Assembly (NCBI GenBank): GCA_963556905.1
Contig: CAUWAY010000005.1
Span: forward strand, 279 to 64,278
Length of the DNA: 64,000 nucleotides
Direction of reading: 5' to 3'
From: an uncultured Clostridia bacterium
GTDB lineage: Bacteria > Bacillota > Clostridia > TANB77 > CAG-508
Every line of letters starts with the position of its first letter. The first letter of the stretch is position 1. This document shows positions 41,357-51,104 of this stretch, in pieces. Below the pieces are notes generated by a model. It saw nothing but the letters and a program-made list of their open reading frames with translations. It was not told the origin of the DNA and ran no database searches. A program made the position numbers and the translations under genes.

Positions 41357-43540
41357 TTATATTTTCATACTAAGGGCAACCTTTTTTCGTTCACTGTCAA
41401 TTTTTATAACTTTTACTTTTACTATGTCTCCAACAGAAACAACTTCAGATGGAGATTTTATATAATTATTACTCATTTCAGAAATATGTACAAGACCATC
41501 ATATTTAACACCAATATCTACAAAAGCACCAAAGTCAATTACATTTCGAATAGTTCCTGTCAAAATCATACCTTCTGTTAAATCCTCAAATTTTAAAACG
41601 TCACTGCGAAGAACTGGTTTTGGCATATCTTCTCTTGGATCACGACCTGGCTTAGAAAGCTCACTTATTATATCAGTTAGAGTCATTTCTCCTATATTTA
41701 ATTCTTTTGCAAAGTCAGAAATATTTATAGTTTTTAATTTATCATGTAATAATTTTAAGCTATCTTTATTGCGTAGGTCAGAAACAATAAAACCAAGTTT
41801 ATTTAATAGTATTTCTGTTTGTTCGTAGCTTTCTGGGTGAACAGCAGTGTTTTCTAATGGATTTTTTCCATCTGGAATTCTAATAAAACCAGCACATTGT
41901 TCAAAAGCAACTTTACCAAGTTTTGGAACTTTTAAAAGTTCTTTTCTTTCTTTTAATTTTCCATTTTCATCTCTGTATTTAACAATATTTTTAGCAATAG
42001 TTCCATTAATACCAGAAACGTAAGAAAGAAGTGATGGAGTTGCTGTATTTACGTCAACACCAACTTTATTAACACTATCTTCAACGACACCTGTTAAACT
42101 TTCAGATAATTTCTTTTGATTAACATCATGTTGATATTGACCAACGCCTATAGCTTTAGGATCTATTTTTACAAGTTCTGCAAGAGGATCTTGAAGTCTA
42201 CGAGCAATTGAAATAGCTCCCCTTATTGAAACATTTATATCTGGATACTCTTCTGTTGCAAGTTTAGAAGCTGAATATACAGAAGCACCAGCTTCACTTA
42301 CTATAACATAACAAATATCGTGTTTTACTTCTTTAATCATTTCTGCAACGAACATTTCTGACTCTCTTGAAGCAGTACCATTTCCAATTGCAATCATGTC
42401 TACATGGTTTTTTTCTATTAAATTTAATAAAACTTTTTTTGCACCTTCAACATCATTTTGAGGAGCTGTAGGGTATACTGTAGAAGTATCTAAAACTTTT
42501 CCTGTTTCATCTATTATGGCAATTTTACAACCTGTTCTATATGCAGGGTCGAATCCCATAACTGTTTTTCCTTTTATAGGTGCACCAAGCAATAATTGTT
42601 TTGCGTTTTGACCAAAAACTTTTATTGCTTTTTCTTCTGCTTTTTCAGTTAAATCAGATCGAATTTCTCTATCAATAGATGGTTCAATTAATCTTTCAAA
42701 TGCATCTAAAATTGTATTTTCAAGAAGTTCTTTAAATTGAGTGTTTTCTTTTATAATATCTCTTTGTATGTAATATAAGATTTTATCTTTAGGTTTATCT
42801 ATAGAAACTTTTAAATATTCTTCATTTTCACCTCTATTAATAGCTAATATTCTATGACTTGGAAGTTTATGCACTAATTCTGAAAAATCATAATACATGT
42901 TATAGTTTGATTTTTCTTCAAGTTTTGTTGCTTTTGTTTCTATAACACCTTCTCTAAAACAAACTTTTTTTATGTATTTTCTATATCCTGCATTATCAGA
43001 AATGCTTTCAGCAATAATATCTAAAGCTCCTTGAATTGCTTCTTCTTCTGATGAAACTACTTTATCTTTATTTTTCTTATCTTCATCAGATAAATCATTA
43101 ATATTTATAAATTCTTTTGCTATTTCTTCAAGTGGACGAGTTTCTTTTTGCTCTATAATAATTTTGGCTAAAGGTTCTAATCCTTTTGCTTTTGCAACTG
43201 TTGCTCTAGTTCTTTTCTTTTGCTTGAAAGGTCTATATAAATCTTCAACTTCTGCAAGAGTTTCAGCAGATTCAATAGCTATTGTTAGTTCGTCTGTTAA
43301 TTTTCCTTGTTCATCAATAGATTTTATTACTTCACTTTTACGTGTTTCAAGATTTCTTAAATATGTTAATCTTTCTCCTAAATCTCTTAATAATTCATCA
43401 CTTAAGCCACCTGTTACTTCTTTTCGATAACGTGCTATAAAAGGAATTGTATTTCCTTCATCTATTAGTTTTACAGCATTTTCAACTTGTGTAGGTTTTA
43501 CATTTAGTTCGCCTGCAATTTTGGTAATTATTTTATCCAT
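41357..43540 (-). CDS. tex: Tex-like transcription accessory protein (YqgF/HhH/S1 domains)
   Basis: IPFIARYRKE N-terminus, YqgF-like GxDPxxRTGCK region, C-terminal S1 domain (GTIRNVIDFGAFVDIG); 727 aa. Confidence 0.93.
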   Translation of the reverse strand: MDKIITKIAGELNVKPTQVENAVKLIDEGNTIPFIARYRKEVTGGLSDELLRDLGERLTYLRNLETRKSEVIKSIDEQGKLTDELTIAIESAETLAEVEDLYRPFKQKKRTRATVAKAKGLEPLAKIIIEQKETRPLEEIAKEFININDLSDEDKKNKDKVVSSEEEAIQGALDIIAESISDNAGYRKYIKKVCFREGVIETKATKLEEKSNYNMYYDFSELVHKLPSHRILAINRGENEEYLKVSIDKPKDKILYYIQRDIIKENTQFKELLENTILDAFERLIEPSIDREIRSDLTEKAEEKAIKVFGQNAKQLLLGAPIKGKTVMGFDPAYRTGCKIAIIDETGKVLDTSTVYPTAPQNDVEGAKKVLLNLIEKNHVDMIAIGNGTASRESEMFVAEMIKEVKHDICYVIVSEAGASVYSASKLATEEYPDINVSIRGAISIARRLQDPLAELVKIDPKAIGVGQYQHDVNQKKLSESLTGVVEDSVNKVGVDVNTATPSLLSYVSGINGTIAKNIVKYRDENGKLKERKELLKVPKLGKVAFEQCAGFIRIPDGKNPLENTAVHPESYEQTEILLNKLGFIVSDLRNKDSLKLLHDKLKTINISDFAKELNIGEMTLTDIISELSKPGRDPREDMPKPVLRSDVLKFEDLTEGMILTGTIRNVIDFGAFVDIGVKYDGLVHISEMSNNYIKSPSEVVSVGDIVKVKVIKIDSERKKVALSMKI

Positions 43541-43673
43541 TTTTATTCCTCTTTCAAAAAAAATTAATCTTTAAAATGTATAATTTTTAAGTTCATTTTG
43601 CAAGTATATAATAACTTTTACAAAAAAGCAAGTAATTAGTAAAACTTACATCTAAAAAATACATATAAATTTA

Positions 43674-43692
43674 CATGCAAAAATTTTGCATG
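43674..43692. promoter_or_regulatory. 19-bp perfect palindrome CATGCAAAA-A-TTTTGCATG in the tex/pflB divergent intergenic region
   Basis: Read directly from the sequence. It lies about 80 nt upstream of the pflB -35 element and is a candidate dimeric-regulator operator. Confidence 0.5.
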
Positions 43693-43771
43693 AATTACTT
43701 AACAGGTACTAAAATCAACATAATTTATAAAAGACATTATCATAATTTAGTTTAATTTTATATATAAAATA

Positions 43772-43800
43772 TTGACAAAAAAACATATTAAAATTATAAT
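43772..43800 (+). promoter_or_regulatory. Sigma-A-type promoter of pflB-pflA
   Basis: TTGACA-N17-TATAAT, a perfect consensus. Confidence 0.75.
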
Positions 43801-43861
43801 AACTTGTGAAAAAATAATAAAATCACCAAAAATGGAAATAATAAAAACGGAGGTATAAGAC

Positions 43862-46099
43862 ATGGAATTTGAACAATGGAAAGACTTTGAAAAAGGCGAA
43901 TGGAAAAGACAAATAGATGTAAGGAACTTTATACAAAAAAATTACACACCATATGAAGGAAATAGTAGTTTCTTAGCAGAAGCAACAGAAAAAACAAAAA
44001 AATTATGGGAAGAATTATTAGAATTATATAAAAAAGAAAAAGAATCAGAAGGTGGAGTATTAGATATTGATACAAAAACAATATCTACAATATCAAGCCA
44101 TGAAGCAGGATATATAGACCAAAAACTAGAAGAAATAGTAGGACTTCAAACAGATGCACCATTAAAAAGAGCAATAATGCCATTTGGAGGAATAAAAATA
44201 GTAGAAAAATCATGTGAAGCATATGGAAGAGAAGTAGAACCAAATGTAGACCAAATATTTCACACAGTAAGAAAAACACATAATGATGGAGTATTTAGTG
44301 TATATACATCAGACATAAGAGCAGCAAGAAGTTCACACTTAATAACAGGATTACCAGACGGATATGGCAGAGGAAGAATAATAGGAGATTATAGAAGAAT
44401 TGCATTATATGGAGTAGATATCTTAATTGCAGAGAAAAAAGAAGAACTAGACATATTGAATGTAGACGACTTTACAGAAAAAATAATAAAAGAAAGAGAA
44501 GAAATTTCTGAGCAAATAGAAGCACTAGAAGAATTAAAAGTAATGGCAGGGAAATATGGATTTGATATTTCAAAACCAGCATCAAATGCTAAAGAAGCAG
44601 TACAATGGCTATACTTTGGATATTTAGGAGCAATAAAAGATCAAAATGGTGCAGCAATGAGCCTTGGAAGAACATCAACATTTTTAGACATATATATAGA
44701 AAGAGACTTAAAAAATGGAACACTAACAGAAGAACAAGCACAAGAAATAATGGATCACTTTGTAATGAAACTAAGACTAGTAAGATTCTTAAGAACACCA
44801 GAATATAATGAACTATTTAGTGGAGATCCAGTATGGGTAACAGAAAGTATAGGTGGAATGGGCATAGATGGAAGAACATTAGTTACAAAAAATTCATTCA
44901 GGGTATTACACACATTAGAAAACTTAGGACCAGCACCAGAACCTAATTTAACAGTATTATGGTCAACAAGATTACCAGAGGGCTTTAAGAAATACACAGC
45001 AAACTTATCTATAAAAACATCATCAATTCAATATGAAAATGATGATGTAATGAGAGCAACACTTGGAGATGACTATGGAATAGCATGTTGTGTATCACCT
45101 ATGAAAATAGGAAAGCAAATGCAATTTTTTGGAGCAAGAGCAAATTTAGCAAAAACATTATTATATGCAATAAATGGTGGAAGAGATGAAAAAACAGGAA
45201 AACAAATAACACCTAAATTTGAACCAATAACATCAGAATATTTAAACTATGATGAAGTAATATGTAAATTTGACCAAATGATGGACTATGTAGCAAAAAT
45301 ATATATAAAAGCATTAAATGCAATTCATTATATGCATGATAAATATTCATATGAAGCAATAGAAATGGCATTACATGATAAAGATATAATAAGAACAATG
45401 GCATGTGGAGTTGCAGGGCTATCTGTAGTAGCAGATTCACTTTCAGCAATAAAGTATGCTAAAGTAAAAGTTATTAGAGATGAAACAGGATTAGCAGTAG
45501 ACTATGAAATAGAAGGAGATTATCCAAAATTCGGAAATGATGATGAAAGAGTTGACAAAATAGCAATTGAAATTGTAAGAAAATTCCTAAATAAACTAAA
45601 AAAACATCCAACATATAGAAACTCAAAACACACATTATCAATATTAACAATAACATCAAATGTAGTATATGGAAAAGCAACAGGAAATACACCAGACGGA
45701 AGAAGAGCAGGAGCTCCATTTGGACCAGGAGCAAACCCACTACATGGAAGAGACACAAATGGAGCACTAGCAGTAATGAATTCAATTGCAAAATTGCCAT
45801 TTGAAGACTCAGAAGATGGTATATCATACACATTCTCAATTACACCAGGAACACTTGGTCAAGATGAAGAAACAAAAGTAAATAACTTAGTAAGTATGTT
45901 AGATGGATTTTTTGCACAAACAGGACATCACATTAATGTAAATGTATTTGATAGAGCATTGTTAGAAGATGCTATGGAACATCCAGAAAAATATCCTCAA
46001 CTAACAATTAGAGTTTCGGGATATGCAGTTAATTTTACAAAACTTACAAGAGAACAACAATTAGATGTTATAAATAGAACAATTCATGAAAGAATTTAA
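43862..46099 (+). CDS. pflB: Formate C-acetyltransferase (pyruvate formate-lyase)
   Basis: Active-site IACCVSPM Cys-Cys and glycyl-radical RVSGYAV motif; 745 aa. Confidence 0.96.
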   Translation: MEFEQWKDFEKGEWKRQIDVRNFIQKNYTPYEGNSSFLAEATEKTKKLWEELLELYKKEKESEGGVLDIDTKTISTISSHEAGYIDQKLEEIVGLQTDAPLKRAIMPFGGIKIVEKSCEAYGREVEPNVDQIFHTVRKTHNDGVFSVYTSDIRAARSSHLITGLPDGYGRGRIIGDYRRIALYGVDILIAEKKEELDILNVDDFTEKIIKEREEISEQIEALEELKVMAGKYGFDISKPASNAKEAVQWLYFGYLGAIKDQNGAAMSLGRTSTFLDIYIERDLKNGTLTEEQAQEIMDHFVMKLRLVRFLRTPEYNELFSGDPVWVTESIGGMGIDGRTLVTKNSFRVLHTLENLGPAPEPNLTVLWSTRLPEGFKKYTANLSIKTSSIQYENDDVMRATLGDDYGIACCVSPMKIGKQMQFFGARANLAKTLLYAINGGRDEKTGKQITPKFEPITSEYLNYDEVICKFDQMMDYVAKIYIKALNAIHYMHDKYSYEAIEMALHDKDIIRTMACGVAGLSVVADSLSAIKYAKVKVIRDETGLAVDYEIEGDYPKFGNDDERVDKIAIEIVRKFLNKLKKHPTYRNSKHTLSILTITSNVVYGKATGNTPDGRRAGAPFGPGANPLHGRDTNGALAVMNSIAKLPFEDSEDGISYTFSITPGTLGQDEETKVNNLVSMLDGFFAQTGHHINVNVFDRALLEDAMEHPEKYPQLTIRVSGYAVNFTKLTREQQLDVINRTIHERI

Positions 46100-46130
46100 A
46101 AAAGAAGCAAAGCAATATAGATAATAAAAG

Positions 46131-46167
46131 GCAAGTGCGAGAGGAATAATTCTTGTACTTGTTTTTT
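46131..46167 (+). terminator. Hairpin plus T-run between pflB and pflA (partial terminator/attenuator)
   Basis: gcaagtgcgaga / tcttgtacttgt (with G-U pairs) followed by T6. Confidence 0.7.
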
Positions 46168-46243
46168 ATATAGAAAGATATAAGTATTGCCCTCAGAATT
46201 TTTAATTAAAAAATTAGACAAAAATAAATTAAGGAGAAAAGTC

Positions 46244-46972
46244 ATGGAAAAAGATATAAGATATTATGCAAAGATACATTCAGTAGAAAGTTTTGGAACA
46301 GTTGATGGACCTGGAATAAGATTTGTATTATTTTTGCAAGGATGTCATCTACAATGCAAATATTGTCATAATCGTGATACATGGGATATAAACGGAGGCC
46401 AATATAAATCAATAGATGAAATTTTAGAAAAAATAAAAAAATACAAAAATTATATAATGTTTTCTGGAGGAGGAGTTACAGTAACAGGAGGAGAACCACT
46501 ACTACAAGTGAAATTTTTAATAGAACTATTTAAGAAACTAAAAGAAGAAAAAATTCACACATGCATAGACACATCTGGAATGGTAAATTTAACAGAAGAT
46601 GTTAAAGAATTATTGAGATATACAGATTTAGTATTATTAGATATAAAACATATAGATGAAGAAAAATGTAAAAAATTAGTAGGAATATCAAATAAAAGAG
46701 AACTAGAATTTGCAAGATATTTAAGTGAAAATAACATTAAAATGTGGATAAGACAAGTTTTAGTACCTGGCTATACAGATGAAGAAAAAGATTTAATAAA
46801 ACTAAAGGAATTTATATCAACATTAAAAACAGTAGAAAAAGTTCAAATTTTACCATATCATAGTATGGGAAAATACAAATGGGAGAAACTTGGAATTAAA
46901 TACGAACTTCAAGATGTAAGAGATGCAACACAAGAAGACATACAAAAAGCTAAGAAAATTATAGATATTTAA
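46244..46972 (+). CDS. pflA: Pyruvate formate-lyase activating enzyme (radical SAM)
   Basis: GCHLQCKYCHN CxxxCxxC cluster motif and GGGVTVTGGEPL. ATG 46244 lies 7 nt after AAGGAG; the ORF-track TTG 46187 is unlikely to be the start. Confidence 0.94.
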   Translation: MEKDIRYYAKIHSVESFGTVDGPGIRFVLFLQGCHLQCKYCHNRDTWDINGGQYKSIDEILEKIKKYKNYIMFSGGGVTVTGGEPLLQVKFLIELFKKLKEEKIHTCIDTSGMVNLTEDVKELLRYTDLVLLDIKHIDEEKCKKLVGISNKRELEFARYLSENNIKMWIRQVLVPGYTDEEKDLIKLKEFISTLKTVEKVQILPYHSMGKYKWEKLGIKYELQDVRDATQEDIQKAKKIIDI

Positions 46973-47060
46973 AATAAAATTTAAAAAAACACTACTAATT
47001 TATTTAAAAGTATGATAAAATAACACAAAATAAAGAAAAAAGAGAAAGGAAGAATTTGAA

Positions 47061-47768
47061 ATGTCAGAAGCAAAGTATAAAAGAGTACTTTTAAAACTAA
47101 GTGGAGAAGCACTCGCAGGAGAGCAAAAAACAGGAGTAAATGCTGAAGTAGTAGGAAAAATATGTGATAAAATAAAAGAAGTAGTAGACATGGGAGTACA
47201 AGTTGCAATAGTAGTAGGAGGAGGAAACTTCTGGAGAGGAAGAAATGGACATCAAATGGAAAGAACAACAGCAGACTATATGGGAATGCTTGCAACAGCA
47301 ATGAATGGATTAGCACTTCAAGATGCATTAGAAGTAAGAGGAATACATTCAAGAGTACAAACAGCAATAGAAATGAGAGAAATTGCAGAACCATTTATTC
47401 AAAGAAAAGCAGAAAAACACTTAAACAGAGGAAGAGTAGTAATATTTGCATGCGGAACAGGGCATCCATATTTTACAACAGACACAGCAGCAGTATTAAG
47501 AGCAACAGAAATAAAAGCAGACATAATATTACTTGGAAAAGCAATAGATGCGGTATATTCAGCAGATCCAAAAATACAAAAAGATGCAATAAGATTTGAA
47601 GAAATATCATATTTAGATGTATTAAATAAAGACTTAAAAGTAATGGACTCAACAGCAACGGCAATGTGTAGAGATAACAATATACCACTATTAGTGTTTG
47701 GAATAGCAGACCCAGAAAATATAGTAAAAGCAGTCAAAGGAGAAAAGATAGGTACAATAGTAAGATAG
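47061..47768 (+). CDS. pyrH: UMP kinase
   Basis: [23 protein letters not shown], and [10 protein letters not shown]. Confidence 0.96.
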   Translation: MSEAKYKRVLLKLSGEALAGEQKTGVNAEVVGKICDKIKEVVDMGVQVAIVVGGGNFWRGRNGHQMERTTADYMGMLATAMNGLALQDALEVRGIHSRVQTAIEMREIAEPFIQRKAEKHLNRGRVVIFACGTGHPYFTTDTAAVLRATEIKADIILLGKAIDAVYSADPKIQKDAIRFEEISYLDVLNKDLKVMDSTATAMCRDNNIPLLVFGIADPENIVKAVKGEKIGTIVR

Positions 47769-47776
47769 GAGAAGAA

Positions 47777-48808
47777 ATGGTAATAATATTATTATTAAAT
47801 CTAATAATTATTATATATATATATTTAAAATACTATCATTTTGACAAAAACATAAAATTTACAAAAGAAAAAATAGAAGAATTAAGTCCAGCAATAATTG
47901 GGTATGTAAACAACAAAGGGATTGAAAACAATTATGATTTAATTTTATCTGAGATATTAGACTTAAATGTAAAAGGATATTTAACAATAGAATATGTAAA
48001 AGAAGATATTAGTGAATATAATTATATAATAAAACAGAACTTAGATAAAGACATAGGAAAACTAGAAAAATATGAAATAATAGTGATGAATTTTTTATTT
48101 GAAAAAAGCACACAAATTACGAGAAAAGAACTAGAAGAAAAATCAGAAATAACTTTTAAAACATATAATACACAATATAATGAACTAGGAGAAGTAATAA
48201 AAGAAAAGCTAATAGAACAAAACTTCATTGAAGAAGAAAGAAATGAAAAAATAAAGAAATTCACAAAATGGTATATAAGAATATCACTAATATTAATAAT
48301 TATATTTTTTATAATAAAAGTTTTAATATATCCAGAAAAATCTATAATATATATACAAATATATATACTTGAAAAAATAATTTCGACAATAATGCTACTA
48401 TTTATAAATCCATATACAGATAAAGGAATAGCATTAAAAAATGGAATAAATGAATATAGAAAACAATTAGAAAATGAAGAATATTTAGTTGATAACAAGA
48501 AAATGAAAGAAATAATATATGAAAAAAAATTTATAAATTCAGTAGCTTTACACATAGAAACACAAGCAAAAAAAGAATTAATAAATGAACAAATGATAAA
48601 AAATGCAAAAACAATAGCACAAAAAATAGTAATTAAAATAATAATAATAGCATTTATATTTGTTTCTATTTGTGCAATACTTTTAAAAATATCACAAAAA
48701 ATGTCAATAGTAGCATTTTTTTGGATATACATAATTATGGCTATAATTGTAGCAGGAGTAGTAGATGCAACAAAGTTAATAGCAACAAGTAACAGAAAAA
48801 AATGGTAA
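47777..48808 (+). CDS. DUF2207-like multi-pass membrane protein (lacks the usual N-terminal extracellular domain)
   Basis: N-terminal TM helix. LSPAIIGYVNNKGIENNYDLILSEILDLNVKGYLTIEY and a later YTDKGIALKNGINEYRKQLENEEYL resemble DUF2207 core motifs; further TM helices follow. The SD overlaps the pyrH stop codon. Confidence 0.7.
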   Translation: MVIILLLNLIIIIYIYLKYYHFDKNIKFTKEKIEELSPAIIGYVNNKGIENNYDLILSEILDLNVKGYLTIEYVKEDISEYNYIIKQNLDKDIGKLEKYEIIVMNFLFEKSTQITRKELEEKSEITFKTYNTQYNELGEVIKEKLIEQNFIEEERNEKIKKFTKWYIRISLILIIIFFIIKVLIYPEKSIIYIQIYILEKIISTIMLLFINPYTDKGIALKNGINEYRKQLENEEYLVDNKKMKEIIYEKKFINSVALHIETQAKKELINEQMIKNAKTIAQKIVIKIIIIAFIFVSICAILLKISQKMSIVAFFWIYIIMAIIVAGVVDATKLIATSNRKKW

Positions 48809-48826
48809 AATAAAAAAGGAAGGAGC

Positions 48827-48845
48827 TGTGCTAATAAATAGCACA
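48827..48845 (+). promoter_or_regulatory. Hairpin inserted between SD (AAGGAAGGAG 48816-48825) and the frr ATG 48856
   Basis: tgtgcta-ataaa-tagcaca, 7 bp perfect. 1 nt after the SD and 10 nt before the ATG. There is no SD adjacent to the ATG. Confidence 0.6.
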
Positions 48846-48855
48846 AAATAAAAAT

Positions 48856-49404
48856 ATGGATTATACAAATTTAAAACAAAGAATGGAAAAATCAATAGGA
48901 GCATATAATGAAAAATTATCAGAAATAAGAGCTGGTAGAGCAAATCCAGCAATATTAAATAAAATAAAAATAGATTATTATGGAACACCAACACCAATAA
49001 ATCAAGTAGCAGGAATATCTGTTCCAGAAGCAAGATTAATAGTAATACAACCATGGGATATGAGTATATTAAAAGATATAGAAAAAGCAATATTAGCATC
49101 AGATATAGGAATTAACCCTAATAATGACGGAAAAGTTATAAGATTATCTTTTCCAGAATTAAATGAAGAAAGAAGAAAAGAAATCGTAAAAGACATAAAA
49201 AAAATAGCAGAAGAAGCAAAAGTTGCAATAAGATCAATAAGAAGAGATGGAATAGACGAAGCAAAAGCAAAACAAAAAAATAGTGAAATAACAGAAGATG
49301 AATTAAAAAGTGCAGAAACAGAAATTCAAAAAATAACAGACAAAAACATAGAAGAAATAGATAAAATATTGGCAAACAAAGAAAATGAAATAATGAGTGT
49401 ATAA
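48856..49404 (+). CDS. frr: Ribosome recycling factor
   Basis: RAGRANPAILNKIKIDYYGTPTPINQVA and the LNEERRKE region; 182 aa. Confidence 0.96.
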   Translation: MDYTNLKQRMEKSIGAYNEKLSEIRAGRANPAILNKIKIDYYGTPTPINQVAGISVPEARLIVIQPWDMSILKDIEKAILASDIGINPNNDGKVIRLSFPELNEERRKEIVKDIKKIAEEAKVAIRSIRRDGIDEAKAKQKNSEITEDELKSAETEIQKITDKNIEEIDKILANKENEIMSV

Positions 49405-49419
49405 AACAAAAAGGAGGAA

Positions 49420-49441
49420 AGGTATTATAAATTTAATACCT
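49420..49441 (+). promoter_or_regulatory. Hairpin inserted between SD (AAGGAGGA 49411-49418) and the uppS ATG 49450
   Basis: aggtatta-taaatt-taatacct, 8 bp perfect. 1-2 nt after the SD and 8 nt before the ATG. Confidence 0.6.
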
Positions 49442-49449
49442 AAAAGAAA

Positions 49450-50163
49450 ATGGAATTTAATAAAGAAAATATGCCAAAACACATAGCAATAATTATGGAC
49501 GGAAATAGAAGATGGGCAAAACAAAAAGGAATGCCAACAAGTTTCGGACATAAAGAGGGAGCAAAAACTTTAGAAAAAATAGTAAGATATGCTAATAAAA
49601 TTGGACTAGAATACATAACAGTATATGCTTTTTCAACAGAAAATTGGAAAAGGGCGGAAGAAGAAGTAAAAACGCTTATGACATTATTTCAAAATTATTT
49701 AGACGATTATAGCAAAAGAGCTGATTCTGAAAATATAAAAGTAAAAATAATTGGAAGCACAGAAGAACTTTCACAAAAAATGCAAAAAAGTATAAAAGAC
49801 TGTATGAAAAGAACAGAAAGCAATACAGGGATAACATTTAATATAGCATTAAACTATGGAGGTAGAGACGAAATAGTAAAAGCATTAAGTAAAATTGTAG
49901 AAGAAGTAAAAAATGACAAAATAAAATTAGAAGATATTGATGAAAAATTAATATCAAACAATTTATATACAGCAGGTCAACCAGATCCAGACTTAGTTAT
50001 AAGAACAAGTGGAGAAATAAGATTAAGTGGATTTCTAACATGGCAATCTGTATATTCAGAATTATTGTTTATAAATAAAAACTGGCCAGACTTTACAGAA
50101 GAAGATTTGGACAATGCAATAATAGAATATCAAAAGAGAACAAGAAAATTTGGAGCAAACTAA
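49450..50163 (+). CDS. uppS: Undecaprenyl-diphosphate synthase (isoprenyl transferase)
   Basis: PKHIAIIMDGNRRWA, FSTENWKR and RTSGEIRLSGFLTWQ. Confidence 0.95.
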   Translation: MEFNKENMPKHIAIIMDGNRRWAKQKGMPTSFGHKEGAKTLEKIVRYANKIGLEYITVYAFSTENWKRAEEEVKTLMTLFQNYLDDYSKRADSENIKVKIIGSTEELSQKMQKSIKDCMKRTESNTGITFNIALNYGGRDEIVKALSKIVEEVKNDKIKLEDIDEKLISNNLYTAGQPDPDLVIRTSGEIRLSGFLTWQSVYSELLFINKNWPDFTEEDLDNAIIEYQKRTRKFGAN

Positions 50164-50236
50164 AATAGCAAAATAGATAGTAGACAACTATAAAAATTTT
50201 ATTAATAGACATAAGTTAAGAGTAAAGAAAGGAGAA

Positions 50237-50257
50237 GTGTTAGCATATTGCTAACAC
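50237..50257 (+). promoter_or_regulatory. Hairpin inserted between SD (AAGGAG 50229-50234) and the cdsA ATG 50269
   Basis: gtgttagca-tat-tgctaacac, 9 bp perfect. 2 nt after the SD and 11 nt before the ATG. Confidence 0.6.
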
Positions 50258-50268
50258 AGGCCTATAAT

Positions 50269-51084
50269 ATGGATATAAAAAGAATAAGTTCAGCACTATT
50301 AGGATTTCCATTAGTTGTAATTATATTAATACTTGGAAATAAATGTATAGTAGATATATTTTTAGCAATAATAGCAATAATAGCAATGCAAGAATATTTT
50401 AATGTAATACAAAAAGATGCAAAACCAGTACGTTGGTTAGGATATTTATCATGTACATCAATTGCATTATTACATATAGCACCAGAAATTTTACCAATAA
50501 ATACAATAAATAACATATTAACATTAGCAATACCAATATTATTACTAATATTATTTGCACAAGTAATAATAACAGATATGAAGACAAATTTCAAAGACAT
50601 AGCATATACATTATTTGGAATTTTATATATTTTAATATGTATATCATCTATATCTTTAATGAGAGGATTAAATGATGGAAAAATATTAGTATGGTATGCA
50701 ATAATTGCAGCATGGGGAACAGACATATTTGCATATATAGTTGGAAAAACATTTGGAAAACATAAATTTAGTAAAGTTAGTCCTAAAAAATCAATTGAAG
50801 GATGTATAGGAGGAATAATAGGAGCAGTAGTAATTGCAGTAATCTATACATATGCAATTAATTCTATTTATACATTAGAATATTCATATTTATATATAAT
50901 AGGAATAACAATAGTATTAAGTATAATAGGGCAAATTGGAGATTTTGCAGCATCAAGCATTAAAAGATATGTAGATGTAAAAGATTACAGTAACTTGATA
51001 CCAGGACATGGAGGGATGCTAGATAGAATTGATAGTTTAATTTTTTTAGCACCATTTGCATATATATTACTTAAAATAATGTAA
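50269..51084 (+). CDS. cdsA: Phosphatidate cytidylyltransferase
   Basis: SSIKRYVDVKDYSNLIPGHGGMLDRIDS signature; multi-pass membrane protein. ATG 50269 is preferred because the ORF-track TTG 50248 sits inside a 9-bp hairpin; the start is ambiguous. Confidence 0.9.
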   Translation: MDIKRISSALLGFPLVVIILILGNKCIVDIFLAIIAIIAMQEYFNVIQKDAKPVRWLGYLSCTSIALLHIAPEILPINTINNILTLAIPILLLILFAQVIITDMKTNFKDIAYTLFGILYILICISSISLMRGLNDGKILVWYAIIAAWGTDIFAYIVGKTFGKHKFSKVSPKKSIEGCIGGIIGAVVIAVIYTYAINSIYTLEYSYLYIIGITIVLSIIGQIGDFAASSIKRYVDVKDYSNLIPGHGGMLDRIDSLIFLAPFAYILLKIM

Positions 51085-51104
51085 TTTAATTTTAGGAGGC
51101 TAAA

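Noticed and set aside
39000-43600. Prophage or ICE around the tyrosine recombinase.
   Set aside because: Only the recombinase itself is mobile-element-like. The neighbours are a response regulator and tex, no direct repeats or tRNA target could be identified, and the element boundaries cannot be supported.
48022-48846. 274-aa minus-strand ORF antisense to the DUF2207-like gene. Similar long antisense ORFs occur at 12713-13294, 7013-7507, 4133-4657, 15147-15686, 27983-28444, 50262-50726, 56294-56701 and 56806-57258, among others.
   Set aside because: The coding strands here are extremely A-rich. Their complements are therefore T-rich and nearly free of stop codons. The translated products are F/L/I/S low-complexity strings with no SD or promoter, and each lies fully inside a well-supported sense gene, several of them highly conserved.
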